A stretch of DNA of 64,000 nucleotides from Tubiluchus corallicola (Eukaryota; Animalia; Priapulida), in contig JAQGDQ010000007.1 in the NCBI GenBank assembly GCA_030141605.1, positions 1 through 64,000 of the forward strand, given 5' to 3'. The notes under the pieces were generated by a model. The model was given only the letters and a program-made list of their open reading frames with translations. It was not told the origin of the DNA and made no database searches. Shown here piece after piece: positions 12,977 to 26,200 of the stretch. A program made the position numbers and the translations under genes. Positions within the stretch are counted from its first letter, which is position 1. Every line of letters begins with the position of its first letter.

Positions 12977-13233
12977 GCAAGATTTGTTCCTATGTGGGTT
13001 ATTTGCAGGTATGCAATGGCTTATTTACCGAGAGCTGCCTCTTTCACATGCATTTAAGAGTTTTGCTGCAATTTATTTGTATCTACTGCATGTGCGTATC
13101 TGTGTATAACAGGCACATTTTAAAGAGCTGTTATGTGTCTTTAAGGTTTTCAAAATGCTTAAGGGTTTGTTCAGTACACTTCCTAGATTTTGAACTTTGG
13201 TTTTTTGTATTTTGTATTCTGTCGTGAAATAAA
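12977..13233 (+). other. Candidate terminal exon with poly(A) signal, or a 32-nt cassette exon 12977-13008; copies start at 20444, 25138 and 28638
   Basis: Branch-like ctctaac, long pyrimidine tract and ttacag acceptor; phase-1 frame is open to TGA 13225-13227, immediately followed by AATAAA 13228-13233; internal CAG|gtatgc donor. Confidence 0.4.
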
Positions 13234-14022
13234 ATGAAGTATTAAGAAGCTTAGTCTGCTTTCTATCTCTCTAAACAATGCTTGTTGCTATTATAGGCCT
13301 ATATATTCCAATAACTCAAAAGTTATATGTTTCTTAATAGCTCCAAACTATGTGTGTTGATAACTCCAAAAGTAAATGGCTTTTGTAGTTCTAAAAGCCC
13401 TTTGCTAACCTAGAATATTCAGTTTGTAGTTCAGACTTTCATGGTTAAAGTGTACAGTCACCATACTCGATCATAATTGCATCCTGTGTCCCGGTGCCTT
13501 TTTATGTAGTTACTTCCCTTAACTTTTGAACATGTCTATGCCTCTGGGCAGCGTATAAGGGGCGACTTGTTGATGATGGCTTTATGGCTTCAAAATAAAC
13601 AATGAATGAAATGTAATACCTAATAAACAGTGAATTCAGTGAAGCAATGTGCAGATTTAAATTAATGCACTGCAGGGGTAGCATAGCATAGCTGTCTCTA
13701 TTTTGCCTCTTCTGTCTACTTACTCTCTGTTTCACCTCTTTTTTCAATTCGCTTAACAGTTTTTTTTACACTAGCTACTATGCATCATTACACTAAGGAA
13801 GTAACGTGACACTTCGTGACAGACCTGATATGCTCAATGTTTAGCAGAAATAAGGATGCTTGCCTTGATACAAAACCGAAATATACAACACTGTCTGGTA
13901 AAAATTAATAACCCTATAACAATAAGCCTTTCACAGTTTCAGCAGTTGATGATGATCATGAAAAGGTCAAAAGGTTACCAGACAGCGCATTTGTATAAAC
14001 TTGACCATGCTTGTAATTGCAG

Positions 14023-14136
14023 GATGTAAAGACTACCACTATAACTGTGAATACTGGAGTGATCAGGGTGAATGTGAGAACAATCCAGGTTGGATGGCAG
14101 CCAATTGCAGGAAATCTTGCAGATATTGTTGCACTG
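14023..14136 (+). CDS. ShKT domain exon 1
   Basis: ttgcag acceptor and gtatac donor, phase 1-1; CKDYHYNCEYWSDQGECENNPGWMAANCRKSCRYC matches the six-Cys ShKT pattern. Not in the ORF track. Confidence 0.92.
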
Positions 14137-14769
14137 GTATACATTTATAAACACTTTATTTTTTATTTCTATTCATTGCTACAGTTATATTTACCTTAAA
14201 TATATCACACTTTTTAGTTTTTAACAATGTATTTAATGCATTTTAGTTTCTATGAATTTGTGTCATTATGGTCAGTAATAATGATTGTGATTCAGTGGCT
14301 TCTTGGCTTGCTAACCTAGTTTACTATAATGGCTCAAAGGCATTCTTGAGTTATTTCAAAAAGTTGCTGTGTTTAGCAGAGAATTTGAACATCTGTACGG
14401 TTTATTATTTCGAGTTGAGATTAATGCTCGTAAAGTAGTTAATAAGTCCACAAAGTTATTACAGCAATTAATATCCACAAAGTTAATACAACAATTAATA
14501 AGTTTGCAAAGTTATTACAACAGTTAATTTGTCCACAGAGTTATTACAACAGTTCTAATAAAAGTATTTAAAATATTTTCTTGCTATGCAGGAATCTTAG
14601 GAAACAAAAAGAACATAACCAACAATGTGATAAACATGCCCACTGGCATTTATTTAGAAATTCTCCAGGATATGTTTCCCCAATGGTCATTTTCATTACT
14701 CCATATAAACATAATCTATTTGTTTTGTGCTTTTGTAGATTTTGGATTGAAAATGAGCATTAGGAATGG

Positions 14770-14932
14770 GCTTTGTTTTTTGTGGTGTTTTTTTTGGGTT
14801 TTGTTTTTGTTTTTTTTTGTTTTTGTGTTGTGTTTTTGTGGGTTGGTTTGGTTTGTTTGTTTTTTGTGTGGGTGTGTGTTTTGTGTTTGTTTGTTTTTGT
14901 TTGTTGTTTGTTTGTTTTTGTTTTTTTTTTTT
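14770..14932. repeat. T/G-rich low-complexity tract just upstream of the ShKT exon 2 acceptor
   Basis: Nearly pure t/g run; it explains the hydrophobic ORFs 14627-14986 and 14766-15161. Confidence 0.9.
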
Positions 14933-14961
14933 AGTTGTTTCTCAAAAATTTGTTTTTACAG

Positions 14962-15114
14962 AGGGGCCGGAACCTTGCAGCGATGAAAAGTACAGTACGG
15001 ATGGCACTGGTGATGTAACTGGTGACTGTGCAATCTGGGCTAGTCAAGGCGAATGTGTTAATAATCCTAATTTCCTACTATACAGGTGCAAACTGTCATG
15101 TGGTGTTTGTACAG
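14962..15114 (+). CDS. ShKT domain exon 2
   Basis: ttttacag acceptor and gtaagc donor, phase 1-1; CSDEKYSTDGTGDVTGDCAIWASQGECVNNPNFLLYRCKLSCGVC (ShKT with a long first loop). Confidence 0.92.
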
Positions 15115-15807
15115 GTAAGCTATTACAATATTGTCATGAACAGCATCGGGGATGTACCTAGGTAATGATCCACAGTACATTGTTTGTAAAAATAGGGTTA
15201 AAATTACATCATTTGTGGTATAGTATGTGCTTCACCAATATGTCTGACCTGAATGTGGTTTTAATTTTCCAACTGATTTGTAATTGAATATTTCTAGTTG
15301 GCTTGCAAAAGTGCTGTGACAATGGTACAAGGTTTCGTTGAAACATAAACAATAATTTGCCATGGTTTTATCAACAGCAGTGTTTTGTTTGCATTACAGG
15401 TTTAACTTTGATTTCAACAGCATCTCAGGAACCTCTTAATAGCTTAAACACTAATAATTAAGAAGAACAGTTTTTCAAAGACTGGTTTTTTGCTTAGTTA
15501 TTTCGATTGTATTGCTTGTAAATGTATGGCTGTATGTGTCTTCTTTGATTATAAAGCTCCCAATGTAATTTTGGTTTCATAAATGTCCTCGTAAAGTATA
15601 GCTTTGAAGTGTAGGCTTGATGAAGAAACTGTACAATTAATAAAGGAAAAAATACAATGTTTCAAGCTACCACTGTAGTCTGTAGATAAACCGCAGTGGT
15701 AGTTTGAAAAATCATGTTCTTCCTCTCTTAATTTTAGGATTTTTTTCATTAATTGTCACTAATTAACCTTAAAAAATAAATTTGTGTTATTGAATTGTAT
15801 TCATTAG

Positions 15808-15987
15808 GTGATTTCTTACCTTATGAACCTTGTGACGTGAACGAATGTGGTGCTGGAGATCCTACACATAATTGCGATCCTAACTTTGGCAGCTGCATTA
15901 ATACTAATGGAAGTTTTACCTGTCAGTGCATAGATGGAGCTATTGACATAAGCACACCAGAGGATGGTCCAGGAACCACTTGCTCGG
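15808..15987 (+). CDS. Calcium-binding EGF-like domain exon 1
   Basis: cattag acceptor and gtaaga donor, phase 1-1; DVNEC...HNC...CINTNGSFTCQC...C fits the cbEGF consensus. Confidence 0.93.
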
Positions 15988-17523
15988 GTAAGAACCAATA
16001 AATGTGTACATGAATAATACTTTTGGATCCGGAATAAGCAGTGATGGTACTGTTGGTGTTGTTCTAGCATTTATCTTTAAAAGCAATCACAGGCCACAGT
16101 TTTCATTGTATGAGGCTGAAATCTTGTCTGAAGTTATAGGGCCTTTTAGCAGACCATAGCAGAGCGAGATTTTTTTACTTTGTCGAAAGTGTTATCACGT
16201 CAATAAATACCTGGCAAGTTCATTTCAGTTAGTTTTGAGAAAAATTGTTTCACTTGCCAAAAAGCAATGGGTTAAAGGAAAATTGATATTATGCTTTTGT
16301 TGACTAATGGGTTAAGGACATAAGCCCATCTAGTAATGTAATTTTAAACAGCACAAGCATTGCATGAGTATGTTGCATGTGTTAGCACATGTATGCCACA
16401 TCACAGCTGAAGCACATCTGAAGTGAGAGGTACAGTGCCTGTGTATTTATGCAATGCATTTCCGGGATGGAGGCGCTAATGCCCACCCAACTAGTGAATG
16501 GCAATATATGTGTAACAGCAAAGAACTAGCCGTACTTGTGTGGTAATATTCTTTTATGTAAATCATTCTTTAAAAACAGTATATTCCTTTTCACTGTTTT
16601 ATGAGACAGATTTTTTCGATACAGTTTAAGATTGGGCCCAGTTTTCCTTTTAATGAATCACAGTAACATTTGAATATGTATCAAAAGTTGCTTTACTATT
16701 CAGTAAAACAAAAAAAGAAAGTAGTTTTTAAATTAATGGACTTACCAGGTTCTAAATGAAAATTTGCGTCTCCATTGTGTACTGCTTGTTTTCAGAAAGC
16801 AGGACTTTTTAGATTCCTACTTGTGTTCAACTGAGAAAGACTTGCCAATCGCGCTATTCCTTTGCCAGGCACTGTACGGTTTAACCCCTCAAGCCCCTCG
16901 TGTTCAACAAAAACTGGTGCAATATTTATTTGTCAATATCTCGCCTAATAAGCCTCAGATCTTCAAATTGTTTTGTGATAAGATGCATCGTTATACTAAG
17001 AATAATTTTTTTGCCCAAAAATTGACTTACTACATTTCGCGTGAAGATAGGAGAAATATACCTGTTAAAGGGATCTACTGCACTGATATGCTGTTGTGGT
17101 TTGTTTCGGTCTATGTTGTTAGATAGTTACCTAGGCACTGTACTAGGTTTGGAGAATTATTTTCTAAACCAGAAATACACTCTGTAATAGACAAACGTTA
17201 TAGACAGAGTCTATTTCCAGCTTATGAATAAAGATAATAGGCAGCATCTCAACTGCATAGCAAATAGGAGAGCAAGGGGAGCAACCACTCCTCTCGAGCA
17301 ATTTTTCAAAATTGGCACCTAGCTGCCTCCAACATGCCTCCCCTGTTTTTGAAATGAATGTGGATTTATGCAACACATTTGTCAAGGTTGACTGATTGAA
17401 CCAAGGATCAAATTGCCCAAATCCAATTTGGGCTTCAAAATAAACAATGGGTAAAATAAAATACCTAATAAACAGTGAATTCAATGAAGCCATGTAAAGT
17501 TTAGAATTACTTGCACATTGCAG

Positions 17524-17673
17524 ATTTAAATGAATGTGATGTCAACAATCCAACTCACAACTGCGATCCTGATCTTGCCATTTGCTTGAACGTTGAGGGG
17601 AGTTTTTCTTGTCAGTGCCTTAATGGGACAGTTGACCTGAATGAAGCAAACACTCCAGGGACCGTCTGCTCAG
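17524..17673 (+). CDS. Calcium-binding EGF-like domain exon 2
   Basis: ttgcag acceptor and gtaaaa donor, phase 1-1; DLNECDVNNPTHNCDPDLAICLNVEGSFSCQC...C. Confidence 0.93.
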
Positions 17674-18016
17674 GTAAAAGACAAGTATTATTTTGTTATG
17701 GTGTTTGCGTATTGTAGCTCAGGACTGGATTGTATAGAGTGAAGTCTCGAACTGACACAAACAATGAACTGTAGTCTTCATGAAGAACACTTCAGCAGAG
17801 AAAATTATTTCTTTGCTAGTCTAAAACAAAGTACAATATCAATAAAGTTTCACTTCATATAGAATTGCAGAGTATAGCATAGTTGTCTCTATTTTGCCTC
17901 TTCTGTCTGTTCTCTGCTTCACCTCTTTTTTTCAGTTCCCTGAACAGCAGCCCATGCTGTTGTAAAAGTAACAATTTTAACAGCTAGTTAGAACCTTACC
18001 TTGTTCATTTTAGCAG

Positions 18017-19794
18017 ATGTCAGCACCAGTGTCACAGAAAGTTCTACATATAGCAGTGATTACGCAAGCACTGATAGCAGCTTGAACTCTGAAGCTAGTG
18101 AACAGTCAACTGATTACACTGTGTTAAGCACCATGGAATCTAGTACAGGTACAGTCAGTAGCTAAACTGTTATTTTTGCATATGAAACACTGAACACCCC
18201 CAGGATGCTTAGCCAATACCCATGTAAATACACCTATCCTCCATGGAAAAATAGCCAGCATGATGAGTAAAACCACTGACAGTGAGACTTGAGCACTGTG
18301 ACTACCCAGTCATTTATGAAGCAGGTTTAGTGTTGCTAAACTTCAGTTGGTAAGCACTGACAGTGACCGCTCAGCTATTGCTTCCTTCAACCTGAATATG
18401 TTGCAAGTCAATAATGTAATAATTGTGATTCAAACAGTCTGAAGGATGTGATGGTGACAATGACGATGACAATGATGTCTATATTCCTAATGATATTTAA
18501 TGAAAAATATTGGCACTATTTCTTTTTCTTTTGTGGTACTTTTTGAGCAAAATAACTTTAAGAGATATAATAGTATAGATGGTATTATTAATGTACATAT
18601 TATATTTGTTTGATATTGTGGAGTGAAGCCTCCTCATTTCAGAAATGAATTTAGCCGTATCTTGTGTACCTTTTATTTAGCAAATGTCAGCACCAGTGTC
18701 ACAGAAAGTTCTACATACAGCAGTGAATCTGTATCTACTGATTACACAAGTACTGATAACAACTTAAGCTTTGAAGCTACTGAAAATTTGCCTGTTTACA
18801 GTTCTTTAAGCACCACGGAAACCAGCACAGGTACTGTCTACAACTAAAGTGGTATTTTTGTTTATCCTGTTTTCACAGGATAGTAAATAGAAATGTGTCT
18901 AGGGCAGTTGGAATTTTGCAGATTCAGTTGTCACAGAAAGTTCTACTTACAGCGTGAATCTGTGTCTACTGACTACACATGCACTAATAACAGTTTATGC
19001 TCTGAATCTACAGAAGAATCAACTGATTACAGTACACCAAGTATGATAAAAACTAGCACGGTTACTGTCACTGTTGTTCATACCATTTCCTACCTCTGTT
19101 AGGAGATCAGGGAAGGGGTGTAATTATTTAAAATACATAGTTATAATAAATAGCGAATTAGCTTTTATCGATTTTGGTGCTGCACTTTGTGCAGAAGTTC
19201 TTTTGACGTAATTTACCATGCGTCACAATACAAAACAAAGTACATTCTGAAAAGACCTGTGCATTTCTCATACATTTTCTGCTTGCAGATTTAAGCAGCA
19301 TTGTTTTGGAAAATTCTTCTTACAACAGTGAGACTACGTCGACTGATTACACAAATACCGATGTTAGTTTTACATTTAAAACTCCCGAAGATGTATCTGG
19401 TGCTACTGTACTAAGTACCATAGAAACTAATGCAGGTATTATTGATGGTAAAAGTTTATTTTACCTCTTTTTTTAACTCTTAGAGTTTGGAAAATGTGTA
19501 AGTATGCAATCTGTATAGTTATTGCTTGGAAGTCTGTAACCTACTTAATAGGTATTCATTGATAATCTGGAAAGAATGTGAGCCGAAAAAGTTGCATGCA
19601 GGTTTGTATTTTACCACAGAACTTTATTATACAACTCTGTAGAGTGATAACCCAGACATGAAAAAAAATTCAGTCTGTGATGCCTGGTTTTAGTAATAAA
19701 ATGGTAAGTACATTTGGTTTTTCCATACAAAACAGTACTTTATATTAGAAAAATCCGGCCTATTAATCTCTGCCTTTTCTGTGTGGAAAATGTG

Positions 19795-19825
<31 letters not shown>

Positions 19826-20217
19826 GTGCATGCGTGACACATTTGTAAATCAATGCACTTGTGAAACAGAGCATTTGTTCCATGCATCAGCAAAATTATG
19901 GAACAAGCTTTTTTTTTATTTAAACAGGCTATCAAAACATTGCATCATAACAAAGTGTTGCAGTCTTTTACTCGTAGTTTTAAATTATGAAGCACCTGAA
20001 GCATTTTGTCAGGTTCTCATTTTTATTGACAATTAGTAATCCTTAATGGTTCATAATTGCTCTTGCATTTCTAGAAGTTTTTGTTCGTTGTTTTCTTTTA
20101 TTTATGCTAAGGGATGTTAAAGCAGAATGCATATGTCATTTGCAATTTTAGCAAATTGCTCAACTAATACAGACACACCATATATAATATAATGTTATGT
20201 AACGTAATGTAATGTAA

Positions 20218-20250
<33 letters not shown>

Positions 20251-23200
20251 CTTTATTTAGAGTTGTCTTTAAATTCAATCGACAACAAAAGCCTGCCATG
20301 AGGTTTTTGTCACCTAATCAACTACAATTACAACTACGTAACAAATTATTATTATTACCCCACTTTTACCCTAAATACTATCATGAATACTGCACAACCT
20401 TGTCCTCTAACCTGCCTTTCTTTGTTTCTTTCCGACCTTACAGGCAAGATTTGTTCCTATGTGGGTTATTTGCAGGTATGCAATGGCTTATTTACCGAGA
20501 GCTGCCTCTTTCACATGCATTTAAGAGTTTTGCTGCAATTTATTTGTATCTACTGCATGTACGTATCTGTGTATAACAGGCACATTTTAAAGAGCTGTTA
20601 TGTGTCTTTAAGGTTTTCAAAATGCTTAAGGGTTTGTTCAGTACACTTCCTAGATTCTGAACTTTGGTTTTTTGCATTTTGTATTCTGTAGTGAAATAAA
20701 ATGAAGTATTAAGAACCTTAGTCTGCTTTCTATCTCTCTAAACATTGCTTGTTACTATTATGGACCTATATATTCCAATAACTCAAAAATTATATGTTGC
20801 TTCATAGCTCCAAACTATGTGTGTTGATAACTCCAAAAGTAAATGGCTTTTGTAGCTCTAAAAGCCCTTTGCTAACCTAGAATATTCAGTTTGTAGTTCA
20901 GACTTTCAAGGTTAAAGTGCACAGTCACCATACTTGATCAGCTGATTACAATATACATTTTATAGTCCGGATTTTAAGTCAGTTGTTTCTAAATTAGAAG
21001 TTCAATAATACTACAAAGACTTGTTATCTGTATGGTCTGGATTTAGATTAGCTAAGCCTGAATAACTATTGTTGCTCAGTTTTTTGGAACTTTTTGCTTT
21101 GCTAACAGTGAGTATTTGTATATTTTGCTATTGGTTTACAGAATTTTTGCGTGTTGTCTAACAGTCTTTTTTCAGAATGTCAGAGCAAACAACTGTTCAA
21201 GCCCATAGCCAGGCCAAGAAAATCATGAAATCCCCTGGATATGCAAAACGTGTTGAATCTGATACCTCGGCAGACGAGGAGACCCAGATAGCTGACTTTG
21301 AAGTTAACATTGCTAAGAACTGTAGTGATGCACCTCAGCCAGTTAAGCTAGCAAACCAGCCGGAGCATGATGCAGTTTCTTCCAATGCAACTGATTCAGT
21401 TGGTGATATTGGCTTTCTGACAATCATTTAGCATTATTTTAGCTTTTTAGCAATTTACAACTGATACAGCGAACTCTAATAAAATTTATTGAAATGAATT
21501 GAACTGCATCTTGTGCACCTACAGCTTGTACAATTTTAGCACATTTCCACATAAAATTCTGTTGTTTTTTCAAGAGGCAGACCAGCCTAATGAAGCACAT
21601 TAGTATTACAGTCAACAGAAGATGCTAACGTTGACACAGAACAAAGTCTTGAAATGTACAGAATTATATCTAAAGCGTTTTTTCTTTTGCAGCTACCACT
21701 GTTACAGAAAGTTCAACACACAGCAGTGAATCTACCTCAATCTACAGCTAAACTAGTATTTTTGTTTATCCTTTTTTTCACTAGGGTGGATGGTAGCAGT
21801 CCAGTCCAGTCCAGCAACCATAAATACATATTTTGAAATATGTAAAATTGTATTTAGAGTGACTTTAATTTTGCAGATGTCAATATCAATGTCACAGAAA
21901 ATTCAACATACAGCAGTGAATCTGCATCTACTGATTACACAAGCACTGATAGCAGCTTAAGCTCTGAAGCTACTGAACAGTCAACTGATTACAGTATGTT
22001 AAGCACCATGGAATCTAGTACAGGTACAGTCAGTAGCTAAACTGTTATTTTTGCGTACGAAATACTGAACAATCAATTTTAAATTTATAGGTTCTGGATT
22101 ATTAAATATTAAAATTTATTAATAATAATATTAGAATTTAAAGTCCTGGATGAGTGCTCAGTCCTTCTCAGTACCTTTTATTTAGCAGATGTCAGCACCA
22201 GTGTCACAGAAAGTTCTACATACAGCAGTGAATCTGTATCTACTGATTACACAAGTACTGATAACAACTTAAGCTTTGAAGCTACTGAAAATTCGCCTGT
22301 TTACAGTTCTTTAAGCACCACGGAAACCAGCACAGGTACTGTCTACAACTAAAGTGGTATTTTTGTTTATCCTGTTTTCACAGGATAGTAAATAGAAATG
22401 TGTCTAGGGCAGTTGGAATTTTGCAGATTCAGTTGTCACAGAAAGTTCTACTTACAGCGTGAATCTGTGTCTACTGACTACACATGCACTAGATTTAGAT
22501 TTTTTAGATTTTAATAGATTTATTTCGCATTAAACATATACATATACATCACATTACATTACATGTGCATCAGGTTTTGTTAATACAAAAATATGATAAA
22601 ATTCATGTATACTGCGCTAGAGACCTAGGAAGCTAGCTTATGGTAGGCCACTAGAATTACGAAAAAAATTGCAATATATACAACATTACAACATTACAAT
22701 ATACAACATTACAATATACAACATTACAATATACAACATTACATATACAACATAGATACAACATTACAATATATACAAATATAAATATAAATACGGGTGG
22801 GAAGTATTAAAAATTTTATTTTACTATACAGTTTTTGAAAAAGAAAACAACAAATCATGATTGAGTCATCAGTTATATGTTTCGAGTACGTTTAATTTAT
22901 ATATTTTTTTAAATATGGAAAGCGAGTTGACATTTTTAATAGCTGGAGCAATTGAATTCCATATGTAAGGGCCATTGTATTTAATAGAAAATTTTCTAAC
23001 ATTAGTGTTACACTGTATGTAGTGATAGTGCAGCCTATAACGTGTGCCGTAATTATGTATCTCAGCATTCAAACAAAAATAATCAGTCAAATAAGGGAGG
23101 CAATAATTTATGAGAGAATTTGTACATGAAAATGGCAGTTTGGAACTTATTAATGTCGTAAATGTTTAGAAAGTTTAGTCTTTTAAATATTGGCTGTGTA

Positions 23201-26200
23201 TGGTCCTGATAACCGGCAAATGTTATAGCTCGCACTATTTTCTTCTGAATCAGATGAATTTTTTTCAATCGACTGGAGTATGTGCTTCCCCAAATAATGT
23301 TCGAATTATTTAGATATGGTAAAAAAAAGAGAATTATATAATAATACAAGTACTGAGCTAGGCAATTTGTGTCTAACTCTATATATAATGCCTATGATTT
23401 TTGAGATTTTGCTTTTGATAAATCTAAGATGTTCTTGCCAAGTTAAGTGTTCATCAATGATGATGCCTAAGAACTTAGTATATTTTACTTGATTTATTGG
23501 AACTTCATCGATTTTTACTATAAAATTACTAGGGATTCTTTTATTTTTATTTGTGAATACAATAAATTTGGTTTTTTCAATATTCAGTGATAACTTATTA
23601 GCTTTAAACCAGGTGGAGAGATGTACAAGTTCTTGGTTTACAGTATTTATCATGTAATAACGGTTTAATAACTAATAACAGTTTATGCTCTAATAACAGT
23701 TTATGCTCTGAATCTACAGAAGAATCAACTGATTACAGTACACCAAGTATGATAAAAACTAGCACGGTTACTGTCACTGTTGTTCATACCATTTCCTACC
23801 TCTGTTAGGAGATCAGGGAAGGGATGTAATTATTTAAAATACATAGTTATAATAAATAGCGAAGTAGCTTTTATCGATTTTGGTGCTGCACTTTGTGCAG
23901 AAGTTCTTTTGACGTAATTTACCATGCGTCACAATACAAAACAAAGTACATTCTGAAAAGACCTGTGCATTTCTCATACATTTTCTGCTTGCAGATTTAA
24001 GCAGCATTGTTTTGGAAAATTCTTCTTACAACAGTGAGACTACGTCGACTGATTACACAAATACCGATGTTAGTTTTACATTTAAAACTCCCGAAGATGT
24101 ATCTGGTGCTATTGTACTAAGTACCATAGAAACTAATGCAGGTATTATTGATGGTAAAAGTTTATTTTACCTCTTTTTTTAACTCTTAGAGTTTGGAAAA
24201 TGTGTAAGTATGCAATCTGTATAGTTATTGCTTGGAAGTCTGTAACCTACTTAATAGGTATTCATTGATAATCTGGAAAGAATGTGAGCCGAAAAAGTTG
24301 CATGCAGGTTTGTATTTTACCACAGAACTTTATTATACAACTCTGTAGAGTGATAACCCAGACATAAAAAAAAATTCAGTCTGTGATGCCTGGTTTTAGT
24401 AATAAAATGGTAAGTACATTTGGTTTTTCCATACAAAACAGTACTTTATATTAGAAAAATCCTGCCTATTAATCTCTGCCTTTTCTGTGTGGAAAATGTG
24501 TGTGTGTGTGTGTGTGCAAGTGTGGGTGCATGCGTGACACATTTGTAAATCAATGCACTTGTGAAACAGAGCATTTGTTCCATGCATCAGCAAAATTATG
24601 GAACAAGCTTTTTTTTTATTTAAACAGGCTATCAAAACATTGCATCATAACAAAGTGTTGCAGTCTTTTACTCGTAGTTTTAAATTATGAAGCACCTGAA
24701 GCATTTTGTCAGGTTCTCATTTTTATTGACAATTAGTAATCCTTAATGGTTCATAATTGCTCTTGCATTTCTAGAAGTTTTTGTTCGTTGTTTTCTTTTA
24801 TTTATGCTAAGGGATGTTAAAGCAGAATGCATATGTCATTTGCAATTTTAGCAAATTGCTCAACTAATACAGACACACCATATATAATATAATGTTATGT
24901 AACGTAATGTAATGTAAAATAATAATAATAATAATAATAATAACCTTTATTTAGAGTTGTCTTTAAATTCAATCGACAACAAAAGCCTGCCATGAGGTTT
25001 TTGTCACCTAATCAACTACAATTACAACTACGTAACAAATTATTATTATTACCCCACTTTTACCCTAAATACTATCATGAATACTGCACAACCTTGTCCT
25101 CTAACCTGCCTTTCTTTGTTTCTTTCCGACCTTACAGGCAAGATTTGTTCCTATGTGGGTTATTTGCAGGTATGCAATGGCTTATTTACCGAGAGCTGCC
25201 TCTTTCACATGCATTTAAGAGTTTTGCTGCAATTTATTTGTATCTACTGCATGTACGTATCTGTGTATAACAGACACATTTTAAAGAGCTGTTATGTGTC
25301 TTTAAGGTTTTCAAAATGCTTAAGGGTTTGTTCAGTACACTTCCTAGATTTTGAACTTTGGTTTTTTGCATTTTGTATTCTGTAGTGAAATAAAATGAAG
25401 TATTAAGAACCTTAGTCTGCTTTCTATCTCTCTAAACATTGCTTGTTACTATTATGGGCCTATATATTCCAATAACTCAAAAATTATATGTTGCTTCATA
25501 GCTCCAAACTATGTGTGTTGATAACTCCAAAAGTAAATGGCTTTTGTAGCTCTAAAAGCCCTTTGCTAACCTAGAATATTCAGTTTGTAGTTCAGACTTT
25601 CAAGGTTAAAGTGTACAGTCACCATACTCGATCAGCTGATTACAATATACATTTTATAGTCCGGATTTTAAGTCAGTTGTTTCTAAATTAGAAGTTCAAT
25701 AATGCTACAAAGACTTGTTATCTGTATGGTCTGGATTTAGATTAGCTAAGCCTGAATAACTATTGTTGCTCAGTTTTTTGGAACTTTTTGCTTTGCTAAC
25801 AGTGAGTATTTGTATATTTTGCTATTGGTTTACAGAATTTTTGCGTGTTGTCTAACAGTCTTTTTTCAGAATGTCAGAGCAAACAACTGTTCAAGCCCAT
25901 AGCCAGGCCAAGAAAATCATGAAATCCCCTGGATATGCAAAACGTGTTGAATCTGATACCTCGGCAGACGAGGAGACCCAGATAGCTGACTTTGAAGTTA
26001 ACATTGCTAAGAACTGTAGTGATGCACCTCAGCCAGTTAAGCTAGCAAACCAGCCGGAGCATGATGCAGTTTCTTCCAATGCAACTGATTCAGTTGGTGA
26101 TATTGGCTTTCTGACAATCATTTAACATTATTTTAGCTTTTTAGCAATTTACAACTGATACAGCGAACTCTAATAAAATTTATTGAAATGAATTGAACTG

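Noticed and set aside
12354-13008. 139-nt pseudo-exon plus 32-nt exon restoring frame (171 nt)
   Set aside because: The shifted frame hits TGA inside the pseudo-exon.
12831-13109. ORF MRFLSPNQ..., identical in four places, as a conserved small gene family
   Set aside because: The identity reflects recent segmental duplication; no recognisable domain; it spans a pyrimidine tract and splice acceptor.
14627-14986. Phe/Val/Cys-rich membrane protein ORF
   Set aside because: Translation of a T/G low-complexity intron tract.
19690-20036. ORFs containing HTHTHT or VCVCVC (also at 24396-24736)
   Set aside because: Translations of a (GT)n microsatellite.
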